Assembly: GCF_006345805.1 (NCBI RefSeq)
Contig: NC_043019.1
Coordinates: 2,914,001 to 2,978,000, forward strand
Reading direction: 5' to 3'
Source: Octopus sinensis
Taxonomy: Eukaryota
DNA: 64,000 bases
Under the pieces are notes generated by a model that saw only the letters and a list, made by a program, of their open reading frames with translations, was not told the DNA's origin and did no database searches. The translations under genes were made by a program, and so were the position numbers. The stretch's first letter is position 1; every line of letters starts with the position of its first letter. Below, piece after piece: positions 1-11,839 of this stretch.

Positions 1-112
1 CAAATTTGGACATACCACAGTTTAACATAATAGCAATGGTATATATATATATATTATATATATATATATATATGTATGTATATATGCATATATGTATAAG
101 TGTGTGCATTTG

Positions 113-313
113 GAATGGATTGCCACATGGTTCCAGGTTCAGTCCCACCATGTGGCACCTTGGGCAAGTGCCTTCTATCAAATCCACTCACAAGTCATTG
201 GTTGGCCTGAGGCTATAGTAGAAGACACTTGCCTAAGGTGCCACTCAGTGGGAATGAACCCGGAACCATGTGGTTGGTAAGCAAGCTACTTGCCACACAG
301 ACACTCCTGTGCC
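113..313. mobile_element. Two SINE-A 5' fragments in opposite orientation (113-178 +, 175-313 -)
   Basis: Homology to 6214-6340. Confidence 0.75.
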
Positions 314-1342
314 TACATTACTTTGAGTTAACCATGGCTTATCTCATAGCATCAAAATTTTGGTGATATGATTGTTTATTTTTAAAATGATATTAAAGGG
401 TAAGTGTAAGAGGCCAGACCTGGCATTTTTAGACATGAAATTAGTAGAATATTTGTGGCTGGACATGGCTGGTTTAATGGATTAATTAAGGGATAATAAT
501 AATATTCTCAATTAGTTTAAAAGTTCATTGCAAGTAATGAAAAACATGAACAAAACAGTAAAAAATATCTATGAAAAATATACGAAGAAGGCACAAAATT
601 TTGCTGATGACTTAGCAGGCTGTTGGAATTAAATTTACTGGAGTGAAATGTGTAACAACTGTGTAAAATGTAATTAGTCATAGCTGAAATAGTACTTACT
701 ACCCAATGTCGTCCACTATTGTTTCTACTTGACGTATGGTATTTCTGTATTTCAGTGTCCAATACATTCGACTTATTAATTCCGAAGGATTTAATTATCT
801 TCTTTCATTTGTGATGTTTAATATTTGTAATGATTCACATAATGACTGGCATCTGGAGGCTAGTGGTGGTGGTGGTCGTGGTGGTTGTCGTGGTGGTGGT
901 GGTGGAGTAGATGGATGTCCTTAAGTACTTCAGTGATTGACGGTCTAATAAACTACAACAGAGCTGTCATTCTCTACTTGTCAAATGACATGTCATTTTC
1001 TCTCAGTTTCAACATTTGAGTCAAAGTAACAACAACTACAACAACAGCAAGATTAGTTTCTGCCATTTCAAACACTGTGACTTGCAAAACAAAACATTGT
1101 TTCACTGATATTTATTGAAGAGATAAAGATTGCTCGCTGAACACTTACATTTAATTGTATGAATGATGTACCAGGTCATTTGTGAGCACTAATGGTAACA
1201 TCTAAGCCAACACAACCTACTGCATGGGTGGATTTGTGATGACTAAACTGGTAATACCACATCTCATGGCATCCTAATATGATTCCAGCCTCTGCTGCCT
1301 TGCAACTGGATGGGAAAATGAGGCCACTTGTCTTCTGCTGCT

Positions 1343-1713
1343 TTGTTTGTTGAGCGAAGCGGTCTTTGTCTCAGTAGTGGGAGAAGTCCGAAACGTGATC
1401 CTTTGCTATTCATTAGACCCGCAGAAGAGAAAGCAGGTCAACCCCTGACACCGAGAGCATCGACGGATAGATGAATGCACATCTAGGCTCAGCGTTTGCG
1501 TAGGAAGTCGGGGACAAGAAAAAGGAAGAAAGAGTGAGAGAAAGTTGGGGCGAAAGAGTACAACAGGGGTCACCACCACCCCCTGCCGGAGCCTTGTGGA
1601 GCTTTAGGTGTTTTCACCCAATAAACACACACAACGCCCCGGTCTGGGAATCGAAACCACGATCCCCCGACCGCGAGTCCGCTGCCCTGACCACTGGGCC
1701 ATTGCGCCTCCAC
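1343..1713 (-). mobile_element. tRNA-derived SINE family D, 14-bp TSD
   Basis: Head GAGGCGCAATGGCCCAGTGGTCAGGG...GTTTCGATTCCC; TSD TGTCTTCTGCTGCT at 1329-1342 and 1714-1727. Confidence 0.88.
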
Positions 1714-2644
1714 TGTCTTCTGCTGCTCACCTTCAGTATAATCCATGTTCAATGTGAGTCAAAATTCAAAGTTCCTGAAACCATAATCAGATGATGTATC
1801 AGAGACAACTACGACGATGAAATTCCATCACTTTTGTAGTTTCATCTCCCAGTAGGTACTGTATATGTGGGGGTGGTCATGGATTTGGTTGTCTGCATAG
1901 TCATAACCTCCATTGCTGTGGTGTGTGAGAATGAAGTCATGGTCGTCTTTGAAAATAACCATGACCTTCACTCTCATACACCACAGCAATGTCTATATTA
2001 TACAAACATGTTGTATGATATATATATGAGTATAAGGGAGTGGGATCCCTTGAGAAGAAGGGAGATATTGATTAGCACCTGCTGTGGGAAGGTTTATGTG
2101 CCGTAGATATTGATTAGAGAAATGTCTGTGTTGCTATAAAAGCATGAATATGTGATGATAGTTGACAGTGAGGACTGACTGAAAGAATGTGTCACAAGCC
2201 AGTTTGCTGGGAATACATGGGACAAAAAAGTCACACGGCGATTATATATCCACCATAATAACAGCTTTGACTGTACTGTTTGATATTCGAGCAGTTCAAC
2301 TGAAGTTGAAATAATCAAGACAATGTTTTCTTTACCACTATTTATATAGTGTAGTTGATTGGAAGGTCTTAAACCTTTAGGATTCAGACAAAATTTCATT
2401 TTACTTTATCTAACGTTCTTCCTACAAGTAAGATGAAATTTTTTATGTTTGCCAGTATACACACTGTGAAGCTTTACTATAGCGTCGTATATTTTCGACT
2501 GCTATTTCAAGTAAATATTGGAGCATTGTTGTACCACTATTCTATATTTATACTTATACTTATGGTGCCTTGTTTTACTGGGAAGCAATACTTTTGTATT
2601 ACACGATCTAACAATTTTTCTTTGACTATATATATATATATATA

Positions 2645-3143
2645 ATTATTATTTGAGGGAATATAAATCCAAACTTACAGGGAAAAAAATTCAATTTAGA
2701 AATACTAAATCAAATTTCACACAATATAATATATATGGCACCTGTGCAGGTGGCACGTAAAAAGCACCCACTACACTCGCGGAGTGGTTGGCGTTAGGAA
2801 GGGCATCAAGCTGTAGAAACACTGCCAGATCAGACAGGAGCCTGGTGCAGCCCTGGCTTCCCAGACTCCGGTCGAACCGTCCAACCCGTGCTAGCGCGGA
2901 AAACGAACGTTAAACGATGATAAAAAATTAGAAAAAAAAACCAACTTTTATCAATTCAAAATGAACAATCAAATTACACCATCCAGAAAATTACATATAT
3001 TAGAAATATTAAAATTAAAATAACAATAAAATTTCAATGATTAAGTAAATTGCAAAAAAATTGAGATCATTGAAATGTTATTGTTATTTTAATTTTAATA
3101 TTTTAATATTTCTAATATATGTAATTTTCTGGATGGTGTAATT
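2645..3143. repeat. AT-rich repeat ending in a hairpin (2972-3041 / 3066-3143), interrupted by an RTE-tail element
   Basis: AATTACACCATCCAGAAAATTACATATATTAGAAAT... is mirrored by ...ATTTCTAATATATGTAATTTTCTGGATGGTGTAATT. Confidence 0.65.
2735..2921 (+). mobile_element. RTE-type 3'-tail repeat (family E), ends in GAT repeats
   Basis: GGCACGTAAAAAGCACCC...GTTAGGAAGGGCATC...CGTTAAACGATGAT; copies at 20486, 25690, 28270, 48939. Confidence 0.75.
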
Positions 3144-4102
3144 CTCTCTCCCACTCTGTTCCTCTCTTCCCTTTAGATTAAGTGGTTTGGGACATAAAAT
3201 GTATCAAGTTGATTTGATGCCTAATACAAAAATATACGAAGCCATTTGTGACCACTACACTGACTATATTGTAAACCAATTGTGACCTTTGCAATGACAA
3301 TGTTGTAAACCAACAGTGACCACCACTCTGACAATAAACTCTGTTGTGACCTCCACACTGCTTTAGCTTATAACCTCCATAACATTCTAAACTCGTTGTT
3401 TCTAACTCACACACTCACAGCATTGCAAACCATGTCCTGGATATGTAATTTACCTTGTCAGTGATAAATAGAAAACGTTTGAGGACAAATGAGTTGATTG
3501 GTTGTTGTAAAGTTTCCCATCTTCTACCTGTCTTGTAAATACTCGTTTAATGTGACTGCATACACATTATCTTCTATGCTTAAGTAGGACTGCAGCCAAT
3601 ACTTAATGCCCTGATTTTTCACTCACTAATTGTTCTCTTCCATGCTTTTCATATATTTCTGCAGGCTATAAACACTGACAACAATATAACCATTTTATAA
3701 TAGCTTTTGTCTTTTGTGTACTTAATTGATGTTGAAATTTTAGAAGGGTTGACATAAACTGATGTTTTCAGCTAAGTACAACATAATTTGCTTTCTGCTT
3801 TCTGCTGCTTCTTCTGAAACTTATGTAACCAGCAAATAAATATCAGTTCCATACTGGAAACTATTGTCCTCGACATAGTTTTTGTTATTTTAATACTTTC
3901 CTGTTATATTTTATAAATCATTAACGACATAGACATCAGCGAAATGGATCAATACTTGAAAGACCAGTTAGTTTATATGGCCATGTTTTACAAGACAGTA
4001 TTTTCAATGAATACATTGAAATGAATGGAAAAAAATTACCTTCAGCTCCTGATTGTAATCCAAGTTACTGTTTTCTTTTGTTTCTTTTTTTCTATTTTTA
4101 CA

Positions 4103-4413
4103 GAGATGTACTTGCATAGTGAGTGACTTGATCTGAGATCGTGTGCTGGAACGAAAACAATTGCAGTGTGGAAGGTGTTTATAAGCCATTTAAGAAACAC
4201 ACAAAACCGTTAGATTCACTTCAACATTTAAATTTAATTTGTCAAAATATTTTCGTCGCTTTGAGACCGCGACCAGTTCACTGACAAAACTTCGTGCTGC
4301 GGTCTCAAAGTGACGAAAATATTTTGACAAATTAAATTTAAATGTTGAAGTGAATCTAACGGTTTTTGTGTGTTTCTTAAATGGCTTATAAACACCTTCC
4401 ACACTGCAATTGT
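4103..4413. mobile_element. Palindromic (foldback) repeat, arms 4157-4270 / 4299-4413, plus left extension
   Basis: About 114-bp near-perfect inverted arms with a 28-nt spacer; second copy at 7334-7635. Confidence 0.85.
4238..4288 (-). ncRNA. Second copy of the G3:C8 hammerhead-like motif (A9U)
   Basis: UUUGUCA-GUGAACU-G-GUCGC(GGUCUCAAA)GCGAC-GAAAAUAUU-U-UGACAAA. Confidence 0.45.
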
Positions 4414-4755
4414 CTTTTTTTACAGTTTATTCTTTTTAATTCAGTCTTTATCCCTACTTTTAAACAGTTTTTTTTCTTCCACTTATTTAGAAGATTAAGA
4501 ATTATCATTCAATTCTAATATTGGAATCCTTTTGCAATTATTTCCCTCTCTATCATACATCAGTGTAAATTAGTAGTTCTCAACATTTTGTACCTCAGGT
4601 CCCTCTTCCACAAAGTAGCATTTTGTAAATAACCTCTCCTTACATTTTACAAATGAATAAATAAATAGAACAAGAAACAAAAACAAAAGACAAAAATAAT
4701 TAAAGTAAATTTAATTAATAAATAAAGAAGTAAAATTTAAGCAAACAAAAGCTAA

Positions 4756-5095
4756 TTATGACAGTGGTGTAAAAGGTAAAGACCCCCTTTGGTCATGAAT
4801 GACCATGGGACTGCACCTAGAAAGTTCACCTCCTAGGCACAAGTCCAGGCAAGATTGTTTATAGAAGATCAGCAGTTGTCCATGCGACTGATGTTGTTCA
4901 ACGGAAAGGGGCAAAGGCCGATACAGGTTCGCACCAGTGATGTCACAATTCATTTCTACAGCCGAGTGAAATGGAGCAATGTGAAATAAAGAGTCTTGCC
5001 CAAGAACACAACACACAGCCCCAGTCCTGGAATCGAACTCACTACCTCATGATTGTGAGCCCGATGCTCTAACCACTGAGCCATGTTCCTTCAGT
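4756..5095 (-). mobile_element. tRNA-derived SINE family C
   Basis: Head TGGCTCAGTGGTTAG...AGTTCGATTCC; TTCTTGGGCAAGACTCTTTATTTCAC core. Confidence 0.8.
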
Positions 5096-5193
5096 GAGGT
5101 GGGCTGTGGGGTAGAATCTGTATTTTCTTATGATACCCTTTTTCAGATATTTGCATTAAATAGTGTTGCTTATGTTGAATTTTTCTAGAAATA

Positions 5194-5588
5194 GGTACAG
5201 GCATAGCTGTGTGGTTAAGAAGCTTGCTTTGCTATCCCCTGGTCTTTGGTTCAGTCCCACAGTGCAGTACTTTGAGCAAGTGTCTTTTAATATGGCTCCA
5301 GACCAAACAAGGATTTGTGAGTGAATTTGACTGATGAAAACTGTGCCAAAGCCTGTTGAGTGCATGTGTGTCACTTTGTGTCCGAGTTTGTCCCCCCCCA
5401 CTTCCCACCTACTGACAACCGATGCTGGTTTGTTTACGTCCTTGTTACATAGCAGTTCAGCAAAAGTGACTTATAAAATATGTACCAGGCTTGAAAATTA
5501 GCACTGGGGTCAATTTGTTCTCCTAAGAACATTTGAGGAGGTGCTCCAGCATGACTACAGTCGAATGCCAGAAATAAGTAAAAAAAGA
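5194..5588 (+). mobile_element. SINE-A, diverged
   Basis: Homology to 6214-6619. Confidence 0.75.
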
Positions 5589-5719
5589 TAAATTACTAAA
5601 GAAGGTGAAAGGGCTCACATATGAAGAAGGTTAGGTATCAGTTCCTCGTTAGTGACATTTCTTCTCATTGATAACGAGGCTTTTTCTGAAAATGTATTTA
5701 GATATAAGTATCTTCTACG

Positions 5720-5945
5720 TTTTACTTGTTTCAGTCATTAAACTGTGGCCATGCTGGGGCACTGCCTTGAAGAACCTTTAATAGAATGCATTGACCCCCA
5801 GCCCTTTTTCACTCTTTTTCTTTTTTTAAGCCGAGTACTTATTCTATTAGTCTCTTTCGCTGAACTGCTAAGTTACAGGGATGTAAACACACCAAAACCA
5901 GTTGTCAGGTAGTGGTCGGGGACAAATGCAGACACACACACGCAC
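5720..5945 (-). mobile_element. SINE-A 3' half
   Basis: TTTACTTGTTTCAGTCAT...TGCTGGGGCACTGCC; reverse complement of the SINE-A tail. Confidence 0.75.
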
Positions 5946-6169
5946 ACACACACAGTCCACCAAAAATGAAAATGTATAAGCACTTCAGGAAAGGAAAAAA
6001 TGTGTACAATAACTTGCATAAGTACCTCTGAAAATATAAATAGTTCTTTTGATACTTAATCAAATTGCGATAACACTGAATGAATTTCAATAACACTGAA
6101 TTAAAATATTTATACAGATTTCTCTTTTCCTGAAGTGTGTATACATCTTTTTGATTGATTCTATATATA

Positions 6170-6203
<34 letters not shown>

Positions 6204-6213
6204 GATATATATA

Positions 6214-6619
6214 GGCGCAGGAGTGGCTGTGTGGTAAGTAGCTTGCTAACCAACCACATGGTTCCGGGTTCAGTCCCACTGCATGGCATCTTGGGCAAGT
6301 GTCTTCTGCTATAGCCCCGGGCCGACCAATGCCTTGTGAGTGGATTTGGTAGATGGAAACTGAAAGAAGCCTGTCATATATATGTATATATATATGTATG
6401 CGTGTGTGTTTGTGTGTCTGTGTTTGTCCCCCTAGTATTGCTTAACAACCAATGCTGGTGTGTTTACGTCCCCGTCACTTAGCGGTTCGGCAAAAAGAGA
6501 CCGATAGAATAAGTACTGGGCTTACAAAGAATAAGTCCCGGGGTCGATTTGCTCGACTAAAGGCGGTGCTCCAGCATGGCCGCAGTCAAATGACTGAAAC
6601 AAGTAAAAGAGTAAAGAGT
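6214..6619 (+). mobile_element. tRNA-derived SINE family A (CORE-like CTTGGGCAAGT box), full length
   Basis: A box TGGCTGTGTGG, B box GGTTCAGTCCC, internal TA/TG microsatellite, (GTAAAAGA) tail. Confidence 0.9.
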
Positions 6620-6630
6620 ATATGCTATAG

Positions 6631-6722
6631 TAGAAGACAGTAGGCCAAGGTGCTTTGCAGTGGGACTGAACCTGGAATCATGTGGTTGGGAAGCAAGCTA
6701 CGTACCACACGGCCATATCTGC
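6631..6722 (-). mobile_element. SINE-A head fragment
   Basis: GTGGGACTGAACC...ACCACAC. Confidence 0.7.
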
Positions 6723-6928
6723 ACGTATGTGATTTAAATATTTTGCTTCTTGAAAAATAGAAAAATCTCAAAACACACAGTACCCCATTCCCATAGAGCT
6801 ACATTGAGATTTGCTACCCTCTTGTGAGCTCACAATGGCCCTGGAATGGAGATACTACAACCTTGATTAAGAGCCACTGGTCAACTCCTAGACTGACTTT
6901 ATGTCTTAGTAGATTAGTATTTTTAGGT

Positions 6929-7161
6929 AAGGCGGCGAGCTGACAGAAAAGTTAGCGCACCGGACAAAATGCTTAGCGGTATTTCGTCTGTCGTTACCTT
7001 CTGAGTTCAAATTCCGCCGAGGTTGACTTTGCCTTTCATCCTTTCGGGGTCGATTAAATAAATACCAGTTACACACTGAGGTCGATATAATCGACTTAAT
7101 CCGTTTGTCTGTCCTTGTTTGTCCCCCCTGTGTTTAGCCCCTTGTGGGTAGTAAAGAAATA
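6929..7161 (+). mobile_element. SINE family B (Nin/Deu-like GCCTTTCATCCTTTCGGGGTCGAT domain), 13-bp TSD
   Basis: TSD AGTATTTTTAGGT at 6916-6928 and 7162-7174. Confidence 0.88.
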
Positions 7162-7333
7162 AGTATTTTTAGGTAAGAGCAAAACACCTCACTTTATTAC
7201 TAACTATGAGATTTAAAAGTTGTGAATAGTTATTTAACAGTGTTCTGATTAAAAATTTGATCTGAAATATGAATAGACTGTAAGTGAAATGACCTTCAAA
7301 TATCTATTTCTTTTAAGAAGATTTATATCTTCC

Positions 7334-7635
7334 TGGAAGGTGTTTATAAGCCATTTAAGAAACGCACAAAAACCGTTAGATTCACTTCAACATTTAAATT
7401 TAATTTGTCAAAATATTTTCGTCACTTTGAGACCGTGACCTGTTCACTGACAAAATTCTGTGCTGTCACAGTCTCTAAGCGATGAAAATATTTTGACAAA
7501 TTAAATTTAAATGTTGAAGTGAATCTAATGGTTTTGTGTGTTTCTTAAATGGCTTATAAACACCTTCCACACTGCAATTGTTTTCGTTCCAGCACACGAT
7601 CTCAGATCAAGTCACTCACTATGCAAGTACATCTC
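7334..7635. mobile_element. Second copy of the palindromic repeat, with right extension
   Basis: Same arms and spacer as 4157-4413; the 7570-7635 extension is the reverse complement of 4103-4165. Confidence 0.85.
7404..7454 (-). ncRNA. Predicted minimal type I hammerhead-like motif with G3:C8-swapped core
   Basis: UUUGUCA-GUGAACA-G-GUCAC(GGUCUCAAA)GUGAC-GAAAAUAUU-U-UGACAAA: stem I 7 bp, stem II 5 bp, palindromic AAUAUU. Confidence 0.55.
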
Positions 7636-7699
7636 CGTTCTATCTTCCTTATTTCAAGAAAACCACTTATTGTATTCATTTGTGTTGCTCCTTCCCTAT

Positions 7700-8010
7700 A
7701 TCATCATCAAAATTGGTTTTGATATATTGCTAGTTTGCCTATTCCCACAAGATGAGTCTGTCTGTGAGTCTATCTTGCCATCTCACTTGAAGAAGTTCCA
7801 AAGACATCTATTTAGAACAACGTTTAGAACCTATCCATGGAGAACTTTCGGATGTTCCATATTTCACACATATATATTAGAACCCTCTTCGTGTTCATGT
7901 TGAAAACCCTGAGTTGTCTGTTTATTTTGATTTCATTTGATATTTTCACTGAACTAAATCCCATTTCATTTCCCAATTTGTATTCTGGTTGGATGCAGTG
8001 CTTCAACTGA
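7700..8010 (-). mobile_element. Degenerate RTE-clade LINE ORF2 C-terminal fragment
   Basis: RQLRVFNMNTKRVLIYMCEIW...LLQVRWQDRLT resembles KLRIFNSNVxSVLLYGCETW...IxWxDxIT. Confidence 0.6.
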
Positions 8011-9282
8011 ATAGTTTAATTGTTCAGTTACACATTGTAGAAATATTATATATCCATTGGTGAATATTTCTGTAATATTTTATTATTCAATTTAACGAAA
8101 ATTTCAGATGCTTTTGATTATTTTCTATCAGAGTCTGCATCCATATTAATACATAAATATACTTTGATGATTTATATGTGTAGTTTTTATATTCAGAAAT
8201 AGAAATATTATGCTGGGAAATAAATTTATTATATAAAACTGATATTTCTTTGCAAATACCCATAACTAACAAAATAAATATATGTTTTCTTCATTTAAAT
8301 ACAACAAGACATTCAAAATCCTATAATGTAAAAAAATATTGTCTGCCTTTCATTTTGTAAATAAAAATAGAATATTCTATGTTGTCTTAGAAACTAACAA
8401 GTATTCACACACGGTTCCAGTAAATCTATTTAGTTCTTTCTATAAAATATTATCATCGTGTCTGTCAATAAATTATGGACACAGATAATAATATATTAGA
8501 TTCAAATATCAGACATTTTCCTGTTCCATTTCAAAAGGTAACAGCATATAATATTTGTGTTTTGTATTTGTGTAACAGAGAGGAAGTTGGTCTTCTTTTG
8601 GCTGCTGGTGTCTATGTTTCATGCAGACAATCACATTCTTTTCATCCTCATCAGTTCATTCCTTTTGGTCTTGTCTTTCTGTCCCTCTCTTTCTCTCTTT
8701 CACATCAAAATTGCTTTATCTCTCTTTGGTGTTGATAAAAGAATCTTGCACGCATGCACACACACACACACAATGTGCTTACCCTCCCCTTCATCTATGG
8801 TTATTGATGATGACCATCCTCTCCTTCAAGTGTAGATAAAGGAGCAACAGCAACAAAGGATTCAGCGTACATGACCGACTTGAATGCTACCACCTATCTT
8901 ACTCCTACCATTTGTCTTTACAAGCAAAGAAAGGACAGAACTATCGGTATTTTATCACAGATTCTCTTAGTGAAGGAGTCACACTATGTTACTCCTTCTG
9001 TCACACTGTGACTCCATCTGTTACACTAAATGGTCTTCCCTGAGATCCAGGATCCCTAATTGACATTGTACAATGAAGCTTCATAGTAGTGTTGGTCATG
9101 CACAATTCCTAGTATCTTTGACACTGGAGCTGTTTCCTTCACAAAGACAACGGTAACTGAACCCAACTGGTACTGTTACCCAGATTCTAGACATTCACAT
9201 GAATCCAGTCTGTCGAAAATTGCCTTGAATCAACCACCATAACTGGCTTTTCTCTCAAGATGTACTCCTGTAGTCTTTATTT

Positions 9283-9615
9283 TCTTGGGTAGAGTTTTAC
9301 GGCTTCCATGGACAGTGAGGCTCACCAATGGAGAAGTTCTTAAGCAGATCAGGCCGAAAATGTCACTAGAAGCTAGGATCACCAAGCATAGATTGGCATA
9401 TTTTGGTCATATTATGAGGAGAAAATCCTTGGAGAAGGACATCATGCTTGGAATGGTCAGTGGCAAGAGAGGAAGAGGCCAACCAAGAACCTGCTGGCTT
9501 GACACCATCAAGAGTGATACCGGAATGGACATAGCCAGTCTGAAAGAAGCAGCCCTGGATAGAACTGACTGGAGGACACTGATCCATGGAGTAACCGAGA
9601 GTCGACTTCGACTGC
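9283..9615 (+). mobile_element. RTE/BovB-like LINE 3' end (open frame retained)
   Basis: RVLRLPWTVRLTNGEVL...RLAYFGHIMRRKSLEKDIMLGMVSGKRGRGQPRTCWLD...DWRTLIHGVTESRLRL is the RTE ORF2 C-terminus. Confidence 0.9.
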
Positions 9616-9974
9616 TGCCTGGGTCGATTTTGATTTTCATCCTTTTGCGGTGAATAAAATAAAATACCATTTGAAAACTGACTTAGCCCCTCCCCTGAAA
9701 TTGCTGGCCTAGTGTCAAAATGTGAAACCAATTATTTAACTCTCCATCTCCCATGAAGTATTTGGCACACACTTCCTTATGGGACATACTTTGCATCATT
9801 TTTTGGATTGAATTGGATTGTTCATTCTCAGTTCACTGCAGAATGAGAGCCTCAGCATGTTCTCTCCATCGAACTCAGTCTGATGTGGAGGCTGTGCATT
9901 TGAGCTTGTGATCAGACTGGTTTGATGAGCCTACTCTTCCACATTGGCTCAACATGGCTTGGCAGAGAAATGCA

Positions 9975-10160
9975 GTTTTTTTTCTTTTATATATACACTC
10001 ATACCCAGGAGAAGTTAAACTGATTACATCAACCTCAGTGTTCAACTGGTACTTCTTTCATTGACTCTGAAAGGATGAAAGGCAAAGTCAACTTCAGCAG
10101 AATTTGAACTCAGAATGTCAGGACAGACACTATACAGCTGAGTATTTTGTCAGCATAATT
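9975..10160 (-). mobile_element. Diverged SINE-B
   Basis: GAAAGGATGAAAGGCAAAGTCAAC...ATTTGAACTCAGAA. Confidence 0.65.
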
Positions 10161-10309
10161 ACATGTTAAGTACTTTTGGGACTAAACCAAGGTTTACTTT
10201 ACAGATCAGTCATTTGTGGCTACAGACAATATTGGCAGATGAAAATTTCTAATTCTTTGTATCAACAGCTTTTCAATTAGATTTGGTATGAAAATATTAA
10301 TTAACCTGC

Positions 10310-10600
10310 ATCATGAAGACTGGTCTTTCTTTTCAAACTAAAAAATACTTCAATCCAAACCAGTTGTTGACTCTCTATGAATTTTAAATGAGACCATAGT
10401 GATGTATTGCTCTCATCTTTGAGATGCTGCTGCTACTATAAATACAGGTATCCTAGACCACATCCCAAGTATTCCCGCCAGCTGATTCACTGAAACCACT
10501 CACCACCACACACCAACCTATACTTCACAGATGCACCATCTGTTTCTATTACAGTGGTCTTTGCTTATCAGAGATGGATAATTTCATGCCTCCTCTATTG
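10310..10600 (+). mobile_element. Degenerate L2/CR1-group LINE RT C-terminal fragment
   Basis: YFNPNQLLTLYEF*MRP..MYCSHL*DAA..ILD. Confidence 0.45.
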
Positions 10601-10700
10601 AGGCACTCCCACCCCACTTGCCCCTTCTCCCCATGCTCTGCTGTAACCACTATTTCAAGTCTTTCCACCCTTAGAACATAAACCTATATTTTACCTGCAG

Positions 10701-10921
10701 AGGTGACGAGCTGGCAGAAATGTTAGCACGCTGGGCGAAATGCTTAGCAGTATTTCGTCTGTCGTTACGTTCTGAGTTCAAATTCTGCCGAGGTCGACTT
10801 TGCCTTTCATCCTCTCAGGGTTGATAAATAAAGTACCAGTTTCGCACTGGGTCGATGTAATCGACTTAATCCCTTTGTTTGTCCCCTCTGTGTTTAGCCC
10901 CTTGTGGGTAGTAAATAAATA
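10701..10921 (+). mobile_element. SINE-B, 16-bp TSD
   Basis: TSD TATATTTTACCTGCAG at 10685-10700 and 10922-10937. Confidence 0.9.
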
Positions 10922-11103
10922 TATATTTTACCTGCAGATGTCAACTTGCAGGTGTCGTAGCAGGATGTTAGTTGCATTGAGCTCACCTGTCTTGCTATGA
11001 GCACTGCTCCCCTCCCCAACAGCTATGGACTCTGCACACTCTTCCAGACCAAACCAGGAAATAAAAGCAAAACTAGATTCTTTCATGACAATGTCATAAC
11101 ATT

Positions 11104-11395
11104 GAGGCACATGGCCTAGTGGTTAGAGCAGCGGTCGAGGGATCGTGGGTTCGAATCTCAGACCGGGCGATGTGTGTGTTTATGAGCGAAACACCTAAGC
11201 TCCACGCAACTCCAACAGAAAGTAATGGCAACCTTCTGCTGACTCTTTTGCCACATCTTTCTGTCACTCTTTCCTCCTGCATCTTGCAGCTCACCTGCAA
11301 CGGACCAGCGTCCCATCCAGGTGGGGAACGTATATGCCAAGAAACCGGGAAACCGGCCCTTGTGAGCCAGGCATGGCTCGAGAAACAACAAACAT
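11104..11395 (+). mobile_element. SINE-D-type head with a different tail, 17-bp TSD
   Basis: TSD AATGTCATAACATTGAG at 11090-11106 and 11396-11412. Confidence 0.88.
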
Positions 11396-11839
11396 AATGT
11401 CATAACATTGAGAAAACTGTTTCTCCTCTCTTCAAAAACCAGAAAATAATTTAGCCTTGCTCAGTAGGTGACCCCCCTGAGGAAATGCATCTCACAATGA
11501 AATAGTGCTTATATATAAGATAAGATACAGTATAAAGGATAGAATTGCAGCACATCTCATCCATTTGACTTTTAAAAAAGCCACAGTGATTCAGATTGAT
11601 TGCCTCTCCTCCTATATTTAATGCTACTTGATCCCAGATCCCTATCTCTCCAGTCACTCCTCAGCAAATCTGCAAGCCACATATTTGTGAATGGCCACAG
11701 AAGCTCTTATTGAATATTAATAATATTGATTGCAATAAACTTAGATAAACTTAGATATGTTTCGACTAAAGATTTGTCCAGGCCATGTCTAACTTAATAG
11801 CACCACCTGATAGGATTATCTAAATCCTGTTTAAGTCAA

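Noticed and set aside
3455-3488. TTGTCA-GTGATAA-ATA-GAAAACGTTT-GAGGACAA resembling the G3-type hammerhead
   Set aside because: No stem II, position 8 is not complementary to G3, and stem I is interrupted; at best a decayed remnant.
5905-6279. ORF-track proteins over SINEs and microsatellites (also 27059-27445, 44610-44824, 45984-46273, 15531-15893)
   Set aside because: Translations of repeats or dinucleotide runs (IYIY, HTHT), not genes.
8612-8654. Minus-strand CUGAUGAG...GAAAC
   Set aside because: No convincing stem II or stem I.
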